64,000 nucleotides of DNA from Candidatus Coatesbacteria bacterium (GCA_016927185.1 JAFGND010000023.1:1-64000), one strand, 5' to 3'. Counted from the stretch's first letter, positions 10,787 to 21,515 are shown. The notes: generated by a model from the sequence alone, not told the origin. Numbers and translations are program-made.

Positions 10787-12469
10787 ATGAATAAGAATTC
10801 CATATTAGCTTTCGTTATTATTTTTGCATTAATTCTTATCTGGAGTTATTTTGGTGGTTTGAATATCACTGGTAAACCTCAATCTCCAGCTCAGAAAAAA
10901 ACTGTAGTCGCAGATGAGAAAGAATCAAAAAAATCAGAAGCAAAAAAAGAGGAAATAAAAAAGGAGAAAAAAACTGAGCTTGTTGAAGCAGATACTTCAA
11001 AGGCTATTAACAAGAAAAAAGCTGTAACCGAAGAAATAGAAGTAAAGACTGATCTCTGGACAGCAGTTTTATCAAATAAAGGCGGTATTATATATAGCTA
11101 TAAACTTAACAAATACAAAGTTGCAGATAAAGATATTCCAGTGGAACTTAGAGGAAATATTGCAATTGTCTCCAAAAAAGGAGATGAAAATGACAAGGAA
11201 ACTGTTTATGAGATTTCCAGGGAAGGAGATATTGAAAAAGACCATCTGAAAATTACCTTTACTGATTCACAAAGGAATATCCAGAAAATATACACTTTTT
11301 ATAGGGGGAAGTATCATTTCTCACTAGAAATAAAAGCTCCTGCAGAATATGAATATCAGGTATTAAATAGAGGTTCCATGGATTTTGCAGAAAAAATGCA
11401 TGATCAGGAAATTCAGAATACTTATTTCTATTCATACTACCAGGCTGGAAATTATGATTATTTTTCATTGAGCGACTTTAAAAAGAAGTATCAAGAAGAG
11501 TTTAACCAGCTTAAATGGCTTGCTTTCAGAACGAAGTACTTCCTTACAGTAATGGAAGTCTCTCATACTCAGAATCTTCCAGGAAGCGTATCAGTAAGAG
11601 AAGCAGATTTATCTCCAATAACAAATAATGATGAACTTGCAAAGATAGCACAATCTGTTTTAACACCCTATACCTTGGGTTTTGTTGCAAGTGGTGTTTC
11701 TCAATTCAAGATATTCATGGGACCAGCAGATTATAATCTTCTAAAGAAAGACTATGGCGAATGGTATAAAGTAATTGACTTTGGATGGCCAGTCATAAGA
11801 AATATTAGCCCATATCTTTTGAAATTTATGGAGTTTTTATATTCATTCATACCTCATTATGGATGGGTTATTATAATTTTTTCTATCCTTATGAAATTTG
11901 CATTTTATCCATTGACTCACAAATCGATGAAAAGCATGGCACAAATGAAGGAAGTTCAGCCTAAAATTGATGCCCTCAAGGAAAGATATAAGAATGATCC
12001 AAAGAAGATGCAGGAAGAGACATTCAAACTGTACAAGGAGCATGGTTTCAATCCAATGGGCGGATGTCTTCCTCTATTTGTACAAATGCCGGTATTTTTT
12101 GCATTGTACAGGGTGTTGTCATCATCTATTGAATTAAGACAGGCAGGATTCCTTTGGATAAAAGACCTGTCATCACCTGACATTCTATTCAATTTCGGAG
12201 TAACCTTACCTTTGGTTGGTTCAGAATTTCATCTTCTTCCTTTATTAATGGGACTGACGATGTTCTGGCAGCAGAAAATGACTATTACTGATCCAAAACA
12301 GAAAATGATGGTTTATTTCATGCCAGTATTCATGACATTTATTTTTTATTCCATACCTTCTGGTTTGGTGTTATATTGGTTTGTAAATTCAATCCTGTCA
12401 CTTGGAGAGCAGTATATATCCGAGTGGAGAAAGAAAAACAAAGTAGAAGAAAATGAAATGAATCAATAA
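10787..12469 (+). CDS. yidC: Membrane protein insertase YidC
   Basis: 560 aa; N-terminal TM plus periplasmic domain, C-terminal 60-kDa IMP core (HYGWVIIIFSILMKF, PMGGCLP). Confidence 0.9.
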   Translation: MNKNSILAFVIIFALILIWSYFGGLNITGKPQSPAQKKTVVADEKESKKSEAKKEEIKKEKKTELVEADTSKAINKKKAVTEEIEVKTDLWTAVLSNKGGIIYSYKLNKYKVADKDIPVELRGNIAIVSKKGDENDKETVYEISREGDIEKDHLKITFTDSQRNIQKIYTFYRGKYHFSLEIKAPAEYEYQVLNRGSMDFAEKMHDQEIQNTYFYSYYQAGNYDYFSLSDFKKKYQEEFNQLKWLAFRTKYFLTVMEVSHTQNLPGSVSVREADLSPITNNDELAKIAQSVLTPYTLGFVASGVSQFKIFMGPADYNLLKKDYGEWYKVIDFGWPVIRNISPYLLKFMEFLYSFIPHYGWVIIIFSILMKFAFYPLTHKSMKSMAQMKEVQPKIDALKERYKNDPKKMQEETFKLYKEHGFNPMGGCLPLFVQMPVFFALYRVLSSSIELRQAGFLWIKDLSSPDILFNFGVTLPLVGSEFHLLPLLMGLTMFWQQKMTITDPKQKMMVYFMPVFMTFIFYSIPSGLVLYWFVNSILSLGEQYISEWRKKNKVEENEMNQ

Positions 12470-12489
12470 AATTAGGATCAGTTTTTTCT

Positions 12490-14145
12490 CTACTTTAACA
12501 TAGGCATATTAATATTTTTTTCTTTGGCACATTCAATAGCCAATTCATAGCCTGCATCAGCATGCCTAACAACACCACTCCCAGAATCATTATTCAAGAC
12601 TCTATGCAATTTTTCTTCAGTCAGCTCAGAACCATCAACGCATATTACAACACCTGAATGTATAGAATATCCTATTCCAACTCCTCCTCCATGATGCAAT
12701 GATACCCAGGTTGCTCCACCTGCTACATTAAGCATAGCATTAAGAACTGGCCAGTCAGCAATTGCATCAGAACCATCTTTCATGGCTTCTGTTTCCCTGT
12801 ATGGAGAAGCTACTGATCCCGTATCATGATGATCTCTTCCAATAACTATAGGTGCTGAAAGCTCACCTTTTCTTACCATATGATTGAAAATCAATCCCAT
12901 TTCTTCTCTTTCACCATATTTTAACCAGCAAATCCTTGAAGGTAGACCTTGAAACTTGATTCTCGATTGTGCTAGTTCCAGCCATTTTTTTAGATGCAAG
13001 TTATCCGGATATATCTCAAGCAATTTCCTGTCTGTCTTGAAAATATCTTCTGGATCACCAGAAAGTGCAGCCCATCTGAAAGGTCCACTTCCTATTGAAA
13101 ACAAGTCTCTAATATAGGCTGGTACATAACCAATAATCTCGAAAGAATCTTCATATCCTCCTTGCTTTGCGAAATTTCTAATATTATTGCCATACTCAAA
13201 AACCTTGCATCCTGCTTTCTGGAAACCAACCATAGCTTCAACATGTACAGCCATACTGGAAAGGCTTTCCTTGATGTATCTTTCTTTGTCTTTCTTTCTT
13301 AATGCATTAGCTTCTTCATATGTGTAACCTTTTGGATAATAACCATTTAATGGATCATGTGCTGCTGTCTGATCCGTTACTATATCAGGAAGGTCATTGT
13401 ATCTTAATATCTCAGGAAATATATCAGCAGCATTTCCCAGAAGTCCAATTGAAATAGCTTTTCCATTACTTAATGCCTCACTTTTTAATTTCAGTGCTTC
13501 TTCAAGACTATAAGCTATTACATCACAATATTTCTCACGAATTTTTTTCTGGATTTGTGCCTCATTAATCTCTACAACTATAGCAACACCATCGTTCATT
13601 GTTACTGCAAGTGGTTGTGCTCCACCCATTTCTCCCAATCCTGCAGTTAAAACCCATTTTCCCTTGAGAGTATCTCCAAACTCTTTTTTAGCTACGGCTC
13701 CAAGAGTTTCATATGTTCCCTGGAGTATCCCCTGAGTCCCGATGTAAATCCATGATCCTGCCGTCATTTGACCATATACTGTTAATCCCATTGATTCAAG
13801 TTTCCAGAATTCATCCCAATTAGCCCAATGAGGTACAAGTAAGGAATTGGTAATAAGAACTCTCGGTGCCCATTCATGTGTCTTGAATACAGCAACTGGT
13901 TTTCCACTTTGCATCAGTAGAGTTTCGTCTGAATCAAGATTTCTGAGTGAATCGACTATTTTATCGAAAGCTTCCCAGGATCTTGCAGCTCTTCCTGTCC
14001 CTCCATAAACAATAAGATTATCAGGATCTTTTGCTACTTCTGGATCCAGATTGTTCATTAACATTCTCATTGGTGCTTCAATCTGCCATGTCTTGCAGCT
14101 AATAGAAGAACCATGTGGGGAATGGATTATCCTTTTTGAAGACAT
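12490..14145 (-). CDS. hutU: Urocanate hydratase
   Basis: 551 aa; characteristic urocanase N-terminus ([21 protein letters not shown]) and NAD-binding core; strong SD (AGGAGG). Confidence 0.9.
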   Translation of the reverse strand: MSSKRIIHSPHGSSISCKTWQIEAPMRMLMNNLDPEVAKDPDNLIVYGGTGRAARSWEAFDKIVDSLRNLDSDETLLMQSGKPVAVFKTHEWAPRVLITNSLLVPHWANWDEFWKLESMGLTVYGQMTAGSWIYIGTQGILQGTYETLGAVAKKEFGDTLKGKWVLTAGLGEMGGAQPLAVTMNDGVAIVVEINEAQIQKKIREKYCDVIAYSLEEALKLKSEALSNGKAISIGLLGNAADIFPEILRYNDLPDIVTDQTAAHDPLNGYYPKGYTYEEANALRKKDKERYIKESLSSMAVHVEAMVGFQKAGCKVFEYGNNIRNFAKQGGYEDSFEIIGYVPAYIRDLFSIGSGPFRWAALSGDPEDIFKTDRKLLEIYPDNLHLKKWLELAQSRIKFQGLPSRICWLKYGEREEMGLIFNHMVRKGELSAPIVIGRDHHDTGSVASPYRETEAMKDGSDAIADWPVLNAMLNVAGGATWVSLHHGGGVGIGYSIHSGVVICVDGSELTEEKLHRVLNNDSGSGVVRHADAGYELAIECAKEKNINMPMLK

Positions 14146-14178
14146 ATTGTTACCTCCTAAAAATCAAATTAATGCGGA

Positions 14179-14202
14179 TTGACAAGTTGCAAGATTTGTC
14201 AA
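14179..14202. promoter_or_regulatory. Perfect 7-bp inverted repeat TTGACAA-N10-TTGTCAA upstream of hutU (candidate operator / -35-containing promoter)
   Basis: Read directly: attgacaagttgcaagatttgtcaag, ~20 nt upstream of hutU SD on its coding strand. Confidence 0.4.
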
Positions 14203-14219
14203 GAATTTGATTTGCATAT

Positions 14220-15872
14220 TTATTTTTCCAATGTCTTGAGATGTTTATCGAACTGGTTATAATATTCTTTATATTCTGGTAAATTTGCCAGCCTTTTCAT
14301 ATAGAATTTTGCTTCTTCATTCTTGTTTTCCAGAAGCAGAGAGGCAATCAAAGCAGGATAAGCTCTATTAAAATTTGTATCCATTTCAATAATCTTCTTA
14401 AAGATCTTTTCTGATTTTTCATAAGATTTAGTTCTGTAATAAACAAAACCCAATGTATATAGAGAATTGATACCAGTAGCAGGCTTGCTAGAGTATGAGA
14501 ATATAATAAACGAAATTGTCAGTAAAATCGAGGGAATAGCTTTATAATATTCTTTTCTTCTCAACCATTGAATAACATCTCTTGCTCCTCTGGCTGCAAG
14601 GAAAGCAACTATGGGAACCAGATAAAGCCTGTATCTGTCACTAACATAAAATATAAGCAAGAATGCTGCAAGTATAAGTAAGGAAACTAATACAGGATAT
14701 AACTTGCTTAATGCATTTCTGTCCTGAAATATTGATATAAGTGATATTGCGGCAAGAGGAAAAAGGTAACCCCAATTTAGAAAAAAAACAGACAGAAGTG
14801 GAAGAAATTCTTTCCTTTCAAGTTCCATATCATAGATTAGTATTGTCTCTGCTGGTCTGGCTAACAATAGTAATTTCTTAAAAACAAGCTTCAGCCATTT
14901 ACAAGGATGCGAAAAAATGAAATCCAGTCCTTTTCGCCAGAAATAATTATCTGCTTCCCATATAGAAAGATTCCTTCCTGAATTTCTTGAAGCATATGTT
15001 TGCATATCTCTGATCTGGGTTTTAATATCATCTGATATCCCAGATATAGTTGTATAATCACCTTTTGAATTCTGGTTGTTTCCAGTATAAAATGTAATTC
15101 CCCCGTTTGGAACACTGAAAGTGAATTTTTTTGTTTTCGTGAGATTATAAAAACAAAAAGGCAACAGGCATAACAAGGTTATTATCAATGGTAATACTCT
15201 GAATAAATGCCTTTTGAATTTACTATGATGATTTACTTTTCTCAAAAAAATATCAAGTTCAAGTATTAAAATAATAGGTAGAAACTGCCCTCTTATAAGA
15301 ATACACAAACCTCCAAAAATACCGTAAACTATCAAAAAAACCAGCTTGGATTCCTGTCTTATCATATAGTACAATAGCAGAAAACATGATAATAAGAATA
15401 TTGAGAAGATTTCTGGAAGAATTTTAATTGTATAATAAGCATAGGGCAGATAGAGGATTACAAATACGCAACTTAAAAATGATATTCTCTTTCCATCTAG
15501 TTTTTGCCATAATTCGAATAAAACCAAAATTGTCATTATAGCAATAATAGAATTTACTAAATATGCATAAATCAAATCTGGTCCAGTAATTTTTGTTATA
15601 AGAGCAAGAAACAGTGTATACAATGGAGCAGTATAAAGGAAATCAGGAATAGGTTTTCCCATATGACCTATTGAAACTGCTAATTCCCAATAGTATTCAG
15701 AATCTACAACAAGGATTTTTGCAAAAGGTGAATTCCTTATGTAATATACAACAACAAACAAGAATAAGATAGTTGAAATAGCAGCTATTAAAAAGGAAAA
15801 TGGAACTCTTTCTTCTGCAAATGAAGCCAATGATTTGGGAATTCCCTTCATTTTTTCTCTCAGGTTAATCAT
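14220..15872 (-). CDS. Polytopic membrane protein with C-terminal TPR repeats (ArnT/PMT-like glycosyltransferase family candidate)
   Basis: 550 aa; >10 predicted TM helices followed by soluble TPR-like C-terminus (YYRTKSYEKSEKIFKKIIEMD). Confidence 0.5.
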   Translation of the reverse strand: MINLREKMKGIPKSLASFAEERVPFSFLIAAISTILFLFVVVYYIRNSPFAKILVVDSEYYWELAVSIGHMGKPIPDFLYTAPLYTLFLALITKITGPDLIYAYLVNSIIAIMTILVLFELWQKLDGKRISFLSCVFVILYLPYAYYTIKILPEIFSIFLLSCFLLLYYMIRQESKLVFLIVYGIFGGLCILIRGQFLPIILILELDIFLRKVNHHSKFKRHLFRVLPLIITLLCLLPFCFYNLTKTKKFTFSVPNGGITFYTGNNQNSKGDYTTISGISDDIKTQIRDMQTYASRNSGRNLSIWEADNYFWRKGLDFIFSHPCKWLKLVFKKLLLLARPAETILIYDMELERKEFLPLLSVFFLNWGYLFPLAAISLISIFQDRNALSKLYPVLVSLLILAAFLLIFYVSDRYRLYLVPIVAFLAARGARDVIQWLRRKEYYKAIPSILLTISFIIFSYSSKPATGINSLYTLGFVYYRTKSYEKSEKIFKKIIEMDTNFNRAYPALIASLLLENKNEEAKFYMKRLANLPEYKEYYNQFDKHLKTLEK

Positions 15873-15990
15873 CTATTAATAGGAAAATCAGCCTGTTATG
15901 AAGCAGACTGTAAAAACCTTCAAGATACCCATGTATAATGTCCTTTAGGTGAATGTTATTGTTCAAAAAACTTAAGGGGACCTGCTTTTA

Positions 15991-17553
15991 TCAATCACAT
16001 TTTAAAGCTTTTATCGTATCAATTATTGTTCCATCTCGATATTCAACCAGGGCAACTATCCTGTCTTCAAACTCCACTTCTTCCGGTTTATCAGTAAGTT
16101 TCTCCACATCTTCTTTTATTTCATGTATATCTCTTATTGGAAGTTTGCTTTTCTTCATGAATTCAATCAAGTCAGATCTTTGAGGATTTATTGCAATACC
16201 TCTCTCGGTTACAATTACATCAACACTTTCTCCAGGAGTAATCACTGTATGAACCTTATCTACAATACTTGGAACCCTTGCCCTGAAACTTGGGCAAACA
16301 ATAATAGTCAATTTTGCTCCAGCTGCAGTATCTGGATGACCACCGCTTGCACCCATAAGGACTCCAGTATTACTTGTCATGACATTAACATTGAAATCAG
16401 CATCTACCTGAAGCGCAGCAAGGATTACTATATCGAGATTATTGACAACACAATTCTTTGTGAATGGATCGCTGTAGTATGTAGCTGGAATTTCAATATG
16501 ACGAGGATTCTTTGCGATTGATTTAGCAACAACAGCATCAAAACTCTGAACATCAAATAAGGTATTCAGATAGCCTTCTTCAAGCAATTCAACCATATAG
16601 GAAGTTATGCCACCTATACCAAAAGATCCTTTTATGTTTCTTTCTTTCATTGCTTCTTTCATGAATTTTGCAGCTGCAAGACTTGCTCCTCCTGCCCCAA
16701 CCTGGAAACTCATTCCTTCCATGAAATATGGAGTCCTGGCTATGAAATCTGAAGCTGATTGAGCTATTGCAAGATCTATGGGATTCTTGGTAATTCTTGT
16801 GCTACCTGTAGCAATTTTCGCTGGATTTCCTATCCTGTCTACTTTTACAACAAAATCAACCTGCCATTCTGGTATACTAGCTGGATGCAGTGGGTAATCA
16901 ACAATATTATCTGTTACAATAACTGTTTTGTCAGCATAAAGGGCATCGACCATTGCATATCCAAGACTTCCACATGCCGATGGTCCTTCTATTCCATTTG
17001 AATTGCCTAATATATCAGAAGAAGGAGCAGCAACAAATGCAATATCTATTGGGACTTCTCCCAAGGCTATGGATCTAGCTCTCCCTCCATGTGTTCTTAT
17101 TACAGCAGGTATCTTTAGTTTCCCATCGGTTATGAATTTTCCCAATTTTTCCCTGAGTCCGCTGGTAAATATTCTTGAAACTGTTCCATTCTCGATATAT
17201 TTTATCAATCCATCATGAGAGCTTGTTAATGATGATGAAAAAACAGTTATATCCTTGATTCGCATCTCATTAACAGCTGCTATCACCTGCATCAGGGTTT
17301 CATCGCCTGCTCTGAAATGATGATGAAAGGATAAAGTCATGCCATCTTTTATATTACATCTCTCTAATGCAGTTTTTATATCCGGAAGAAGTTTTTCTAT
17401 CCCTTTTCCTATGCCGTAACAAGCTCTTGCATGAAGATGCTTTGACTGAGTTTTTTTTATGTATTCCCAGACACCTTGATACGGTATCAAATCTCCAATT
17501 CCTTCGACGAATTCAGGGATTTCTCTTCCCAATGAGTTCTTGATCATTTTCAT
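15991..17553 (-). CDS. citF: Citrate lyase alpha subunit (citrate CoA-transferase)
   Basis: 520 aa; DGMTLSFHHHFRAGD motif and size of CitF; directly downstream of citE and citD. Confidence 0.85.
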   Translation of the reverse strand: MKMIKNSLGREIPEFVEGIGDLIPYQGVWEYIKKTQSKHLHARACYGIGKGIEKLLPDIKTALERCNIKDGMTLSFHHHFRAGDETLMQVIAAVNEMRIKDITVFSSSLTSSHDGLIKYIENGTVSRIFTSGLREKLGKFITDGKLKIPAVIRTHGGRARSIALGEVPIDIAFVAAPSSDILGNSNGIEGPSACGSLGYAMVDALYADKTVIVTDNIVDYPLHPASIPEWQVDFVVKVDRIGNPAKIATGSTRITKNPIDLAIAQSASDFIARTPYFMEGMSFQVGAGGASLAAAKFMKEAMKERNIKGSFGIGGITSYMVELLEEGYLNTLFDVQSFDAVVAKSIAKNPRHIEIPATYYSDPFTKNCVVNNLDIVILAALQVDADFNVNVMTSNTGVLMGASGGHPDTAAGAKLTIIVCPSFRARVPSIVDKVHTVITPGESVDVIVTERGIAINPQRSDLIEFMKKSKLPIRDIHEIKEDVEKLTDKPEEVEFEDRIVALVEYRDGTIIDTIKALKCD

Positions 17554-17554
17554 T

Positions 17555-18448
17555 TCATGAAACCTCCATCAGTTCTGGATATTCATAATATTCTGCTTGA
17601 TTAAGGATAATTTGAGCTCTTTTAACAACAGGAGCATCTACCATTTTCCCATCAATCGAAAAAACCCCTTTTCCTTGTGAAACTGCTTCTTCATATGCCT
17701 TGATAATTCTCTTTGCTCTCTGAACATCCTTTGGATCTGGCTTGAAGACTTTATGTACAACTATGATTTGTCTTGGATTGATAACAGCCTTGCCTGAGAA
17801 ACCAAGGGTTTTTATCATCATGGTTTCCTTTCTCAAGCCTTCTTCATCATTGACATCTGCGAAAACAGTATCAAGAACATCTATTCCTGATGCTTTTCCT
17901 GCCATTACTATTCTTGTTCTTGCATAATGAAGTTCTTCTCCCTCATCAGTTTTTTTTATGCCCATGTCAGCTGTCAAATCCTGGCCTCCAATGCTTATTG
18001 CAGTAACCCTGGGGCTGCTTCTGGCAATGGAAAAGGCGTTTTCAACTCCTCTTGCTGTTTCTATTAATGGATGAATTTCGATACTTCCAGACTCTATATC
18101 ATGTTTTTTTTCCAGTGCATCAAGTATTGAAGATAGAATTATTACATCTTCCTCTTGCTCTACCTTGGGAAGTCTTATTGAATCTGGTTTTGAAGGAATT
18201 ATAATTTCAAGATCATCCTTGAAAAAAGGTGAGCTTATTGGATTGATTCTTACCACTTTTTCTGTTTTACCAAAGTTCAAGTTTTTTAATACTGCTCTTA
18301 CTAGAAATCTTGCAGAATCTTTTTCCGAAACAGCAACTGCATCTTCCAGGTCCATCAAGACACTATCAGCACCATGAACAGGGGAATGCTGAAGCATGGC
18401 AGCATTATTTCCAGGAATATATAAGCATGTTCTTCTCAAGCGCATCAT
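17555..18448 (-). CDS. citE: Citrate lyase beta subunit (citryl-CoA lyase, HpcH/HpaI fold)
   Basis: 297 aa; RRTCLYIPG...MLDLEDAV pattern of CitE. Confidence 0.85.
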   Translation of the reverse strand: MMRLRRTCLYIPGNNAAMLQHSPVHGADSVLMDLEDAVAVSEKDSARFLVRAVLKNLNFGKTEKVVRINPISSPFFKDDLEIIIPSKPDSIRLPKVEQEEDVIILSSILDALEKKHDIESGSIEIHPLIETARGVENAFSIARSSPRVTAISIGGQDLTADMGIKKTDEGEELHYARTRIVMAGKASGIDVLDTVFADVNDEEGLRKETMMIKTLGFSGKAVINPRQIIVVHKVFKPDPKDVQRAKRIIKAYEEAVSQGKGVFSIDGKMVDAPVVKRAQIILNQAEYYEYPELMEVS

Positions 18449-18449
18449 A

Positions 18450-18716
18450 TTAATCTCCTTTCATAGAGCGTGAAAGTGCTGTCAGCAATCTTGCCTCCAG
18501 AATACACGGCAGGGAACCATTATCTTGAATTCTGAAAATCCCGTTCTTGATACCTTCTCGTTCAATAATAGATTTAATCTGTTTTCTTATCTTGTCTCCA
18601 TAAAGTATTTCAACAGATGAAGCAATTTCAATTGTTAAATCATCTGAAGGTTCAATTTGTATAAGAACATCTGAACTTTCCAGTGTTCCAGCTTGAGCTA
18701 CTTTGCTTATTTCCAT
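18450..18716 (-). CDS. citD: Citrate lyase acyl carrier protein (gamma subunit)
   Basis: 88 aa; AGTLESSDVLIQIEP...conserved Ser prosthetic-group site context; position upstream of citEF. Confidence 0.8.
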   Translation of the reverse strand: MEISKVAQAGTLESSDVLIQIEPSDDLTIEIASSVEILYGDKIRKQIKSIIEREGIKNGIFRIQDNGSLPCILEARLLTALSRSMKGD

Positions 18717-18733
18717 CTCGTCTCCTTGTGGTG

Positions 18734-19561
18734 TTAACAGCTTTTCTTGTCGTCAATATTTATAGAAATAGTATTACCAGTACTCTGTCCAAGTGATTGA
18801 ATTAATCTCAATTTGAATAGATTTGGATTCTCTTCAAGCATTTTAGCAGCATTTGCAAGGTTCCGAAGTGCTGCCTGTTCACCTCTTGCCTTCTCCAGAA
18901 TTGCCAATCCTTCTTTTCTTGCCTTTATGACTTGAACAAAAACATTTTTCAAATCTCCCGGGAATGTTATATCTCTTATTGTTATAAACTTCAATTCAAG
19001 GCCTATTTCTTTTGCTTTGTCTTTAGACAACTCAAATAGCATCGAAGATACCTCATTTCTTTGCTCCAGTATTTCATCAATATTTTTTGTCCCTATTATC
19101 TCTCTTGTTTTTATCTGTATTGTCTGATAAAGAGAAGTATGATAATTCACAATCTTGTTGACTGCAAAAGCAGGATCAACAACTGTAAATTCTCCTGTCA
19201 GGGAAACCTTTATTGAAACATTATCCTGACTCATTACTTCCTGACCAGGTAAATTTATTTGCTGGGGACGCATATCAACAGTGAAATAACTAATTTTGTA
19301 TGGTGATATCCTGTACTTCCCTGGTCCCACCAAACCGGTATATTTACCTTTAACATATTTCAGTGCCTGTTGATATTCCATTACAATAATATATTGTAGT
19401 CTGGCTTTGATATAAGAATACAAGGCAAGTGCTACTATGACACCTACAAGAATTATTAATAGTCGTATAAGCAAAACATCCATAACAACTCCTTTTTTCC
19501 TCCCATTCCCTAGAGCAAATAGCCAATTGATTTGCGGAGGTTTCCCTGCAAAGCTAGTCAA
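18734..19561 (-). CDS. SPFH/band-7 (stomatin/slipin-like) membrane protein
   Basis: 275 aa; N-terminal TM then SPFH core (YTGLVGPGKYRISPY, IKTREIIGT) and coiled-coil C-terminus. Confidence 0.8.
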   Translation of the reverse strand: MTSFAGKPPQINWLFALGNGRKKGVVMDVLLIRLLIILVGVIVALALYSYIKARLQYIIVMEYQQALKYVKGKYTGLVGPGKYRISPYKISYFTVDMRPQQINLPGQEVMSQDNVSIKVSLTGEFTVVDPAFAVNKIVNYHTSLYQTIQIKTREIIGTKNIDEILEQRNEVSSMLFELSKDKAKEIGLELKFITIRDITFPGDLKNVFVQVIKARKEGLAILEKARGEQAALRNLANAAKMLEENPNLFKLRLIQSLGQSTGNTISINIDDKKSC

Positions 19562-19817
19562 TTGTTTGTGCTATTGCTCGTTCGGGATAGGGAGTTAACC
19601 ACTTTCGAATCCGAATCGAACGGTGGAAAAGGTTTACTGAGCAAATATCCTTAATAACTGAGATACGCTCTTCCTTTCCCATGACTAATGACTTTAACAC
19701 AGTAAGTAAAGTCAAGGCAAATATTACTTGTTTTTTCAGGATAAATAAGTAAGACATTAATTAAGTTCTTCTTTTTCTCTTTTCACTATTTTATTAAATA
19801 CCAAACATGTCATTAAT

Positions 19818-21515
19818 ATGGATGTTTGTTTTATATATAATGGATCAGAAAAGAAACTTGAATGTGCAGAATATGCCTGGTCAAATATTGCAAACAGGGC
19901 AGGATTGAACTATCATATGAAACCTTTTTCAGGTACATTTCTTTCTTTTTGTTATGGAAATAAACCAGAAAATATTAGTAATAGCTATTTATGGATGCCA
20001 TCTTGCAGCAACTGCTTTGAAAATGAGACTAAACTTGAATTAGCTGGGAATTTGACTTCCTCTTTTGCTAATGAAGAGATTCCCATTTTTTCTGAAATTC
20101 ATGAAGTTACTGGAGAAATAATTGGAAGTATAAAAACAAAAACTGAATCAAATATAGTACCTGTATTGAGCAGGAAATCTTATAATGGTTTGGAATGCAT
20201 ATTTGCAGGATTTGATTTATTGAATGCTGTATTCTCCTTGCTTACTTTCAAAAACGAAGAAACAAGCAATAATGATGTTTTGAAAAGGCATGATACAATG
20301 AAGCATATCTTAATAAAATCAAATATGAAAGAGATGCCTGTAATAGATATTTATGCAGAATTGATGAAGAAGCTTTTCTGGAATTTAGCTAAATCAAGAA
20401 GTTCAGTTTTTCTTATAAAAGGAATGTATCCAGGAAATCAGAAAGGAGCACTTATTATAACTCATGATGTTGATAGAATGGGTTATATATACAAACAGCC
20501 TTCTTATTTACAGCTAAAAAGAATAACAAAAGCACTATTGAAAAAGGAAGTATTCAGCTTCAATGAATTGATTTCATCTATAAGAAATCCCTTGAAAGAT
20601 CCATATTGGAAAATTGATGAAATACTTGGATGGGAAAAAGAAAAAGGGATTAAAGCTGATTATTTCTTTCTGGCAAATCCATCAGATCCATTTTGCTACA
20701 GGTATGATATAAGAAAACCTGAATTAGGCAACAAGATAAATGAAGTAATTTCAAGAAATCATTCTGTTGGATTACATAGTTCTATTGAAGCTTTCAGCAG
20801 TCTTGAGCAATTGATAATGGAAAAAGAAATGCTTGAAAGAATATGTAACAAGAAAATCTCTAAAGTGAGGCAGCATTATCTATTGTTTGATTATGGAAAA
20901 AGCCCAGAGAGATTTAAAGAAGCAGGTTTGAACATAGATGCAGGAATATCTTTTCATGATGAAACAGGTTTCAGGGCGGGAACAAGTTACCCATTTAAAT
21001 ATTTCAACCATAATCAAATAACAGCATTTCCATTATCCTTGATGGATGGAGCTCTTCTTTTCAAGAAAGACATTGATCATTGGGATGATTTTATTAGATT
21101 ATTCAATTCAATATACAAGATGAATGGAATACATCACTGGTTGATACATCCAAGAACATGGTTTGAAGATGAGTTTAAGGGTTGGAAGGAATTTTTTAAA
21201 AAGGCATTCGAGTTTGCATATTCAAAACAGCTGTGGCAAGTAACACTAGATGAACTTGTAAATTGGCTGGAGAACAGAAATCTTGTCAGAATGAGTCATT
21301 TATCAACAAAACCTGATAGGTGGTTTATTTTAAATACTTGCAATGAGAAGATTCAAATGACTTTCAACGTTCTTTCTCAAAATGAATTTACAATAGAATT
21401 ATACAGAAATCAGGAAAGCAAACCATTCACAAGGGAGAGGAATTTTCAGTTGGAACTGAATGCAGGTGAAGAAATTATCATAGTAGCTAAGATTGGGAAG
21501 TCCTTAAATGCTTGA
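19818..21515 (+). CDS. Hypothetical protein (possible carbohydrate deacetylase/hydrolase-like fold)
   Basis: 565 aa ORF; ITHDVDRMGY and HSS/HYLLFDYG motifs loosely reminiscent of polysaccharide deacetylase-like enzymes; no confident family. Confidence 0.55.
   Translation: MDVCFIYNGSEKKLECAEYAWSNIANRAGLNYHMKPFSGTFLSFCYGNKPENISNSYLWMPSCSNCFENETKLELAGNLTSSFANEEIPIFSEIHEVTGEIIGSIKTKTESNIVPVLSRKSYNGLECIFAGFDLLNAVFSLLTFKNEETSNNDVLKRHDTMKHILIKSNMKEMPVIDIYAELMKKLFWNLAKSRSSVFLIKGMYPGNQKGALIITHDVDRMGYIYKQPSYLQLKRITKALLKKEVFSFNELISSIRNPLKDPYWKIDEILGWEKEKGIKADYFFLANPSDPFCYRYDIRKPELGNKINEVISRNHSVGLHSSIEAFSSLEQLIMEKEMLERICNKKISKVRQHYLLFDYGKSPERFKEAGLNIDAGISFHDETGFRAGTSYPFKYFNHNQITAFPLSLMDGALLFKKDIDHWDDFIRLFNSIYKMNGIHHWLIHPRTWFEDEFKGWKEFFKKAFEFAYSKQLWQVTLDELVNWLENRNLVRMSHLSTKPDRWFILNTCNEKIQMTFNVLSQNEFTIELYRNQESKPFTRERNFQLELNAGEEIIIVAKIGKSLNA

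Noticed and set aside
19590-19625. tRNA-like TTCGAATCC T-loop motif
   Set aside because: Flanking sequence cannot form a T-stem or acceptor stem and no anticodon arm is present. This is not a tRNA.
19554-19757. 67-aa ORF in the SPFH / 565-aa divergent intergenic region
   Set aside because: No RBS, odd composition, and it overlaps the SPFH start codon. It is more likely non-coding regulatory sequence (see finding on the structured element).
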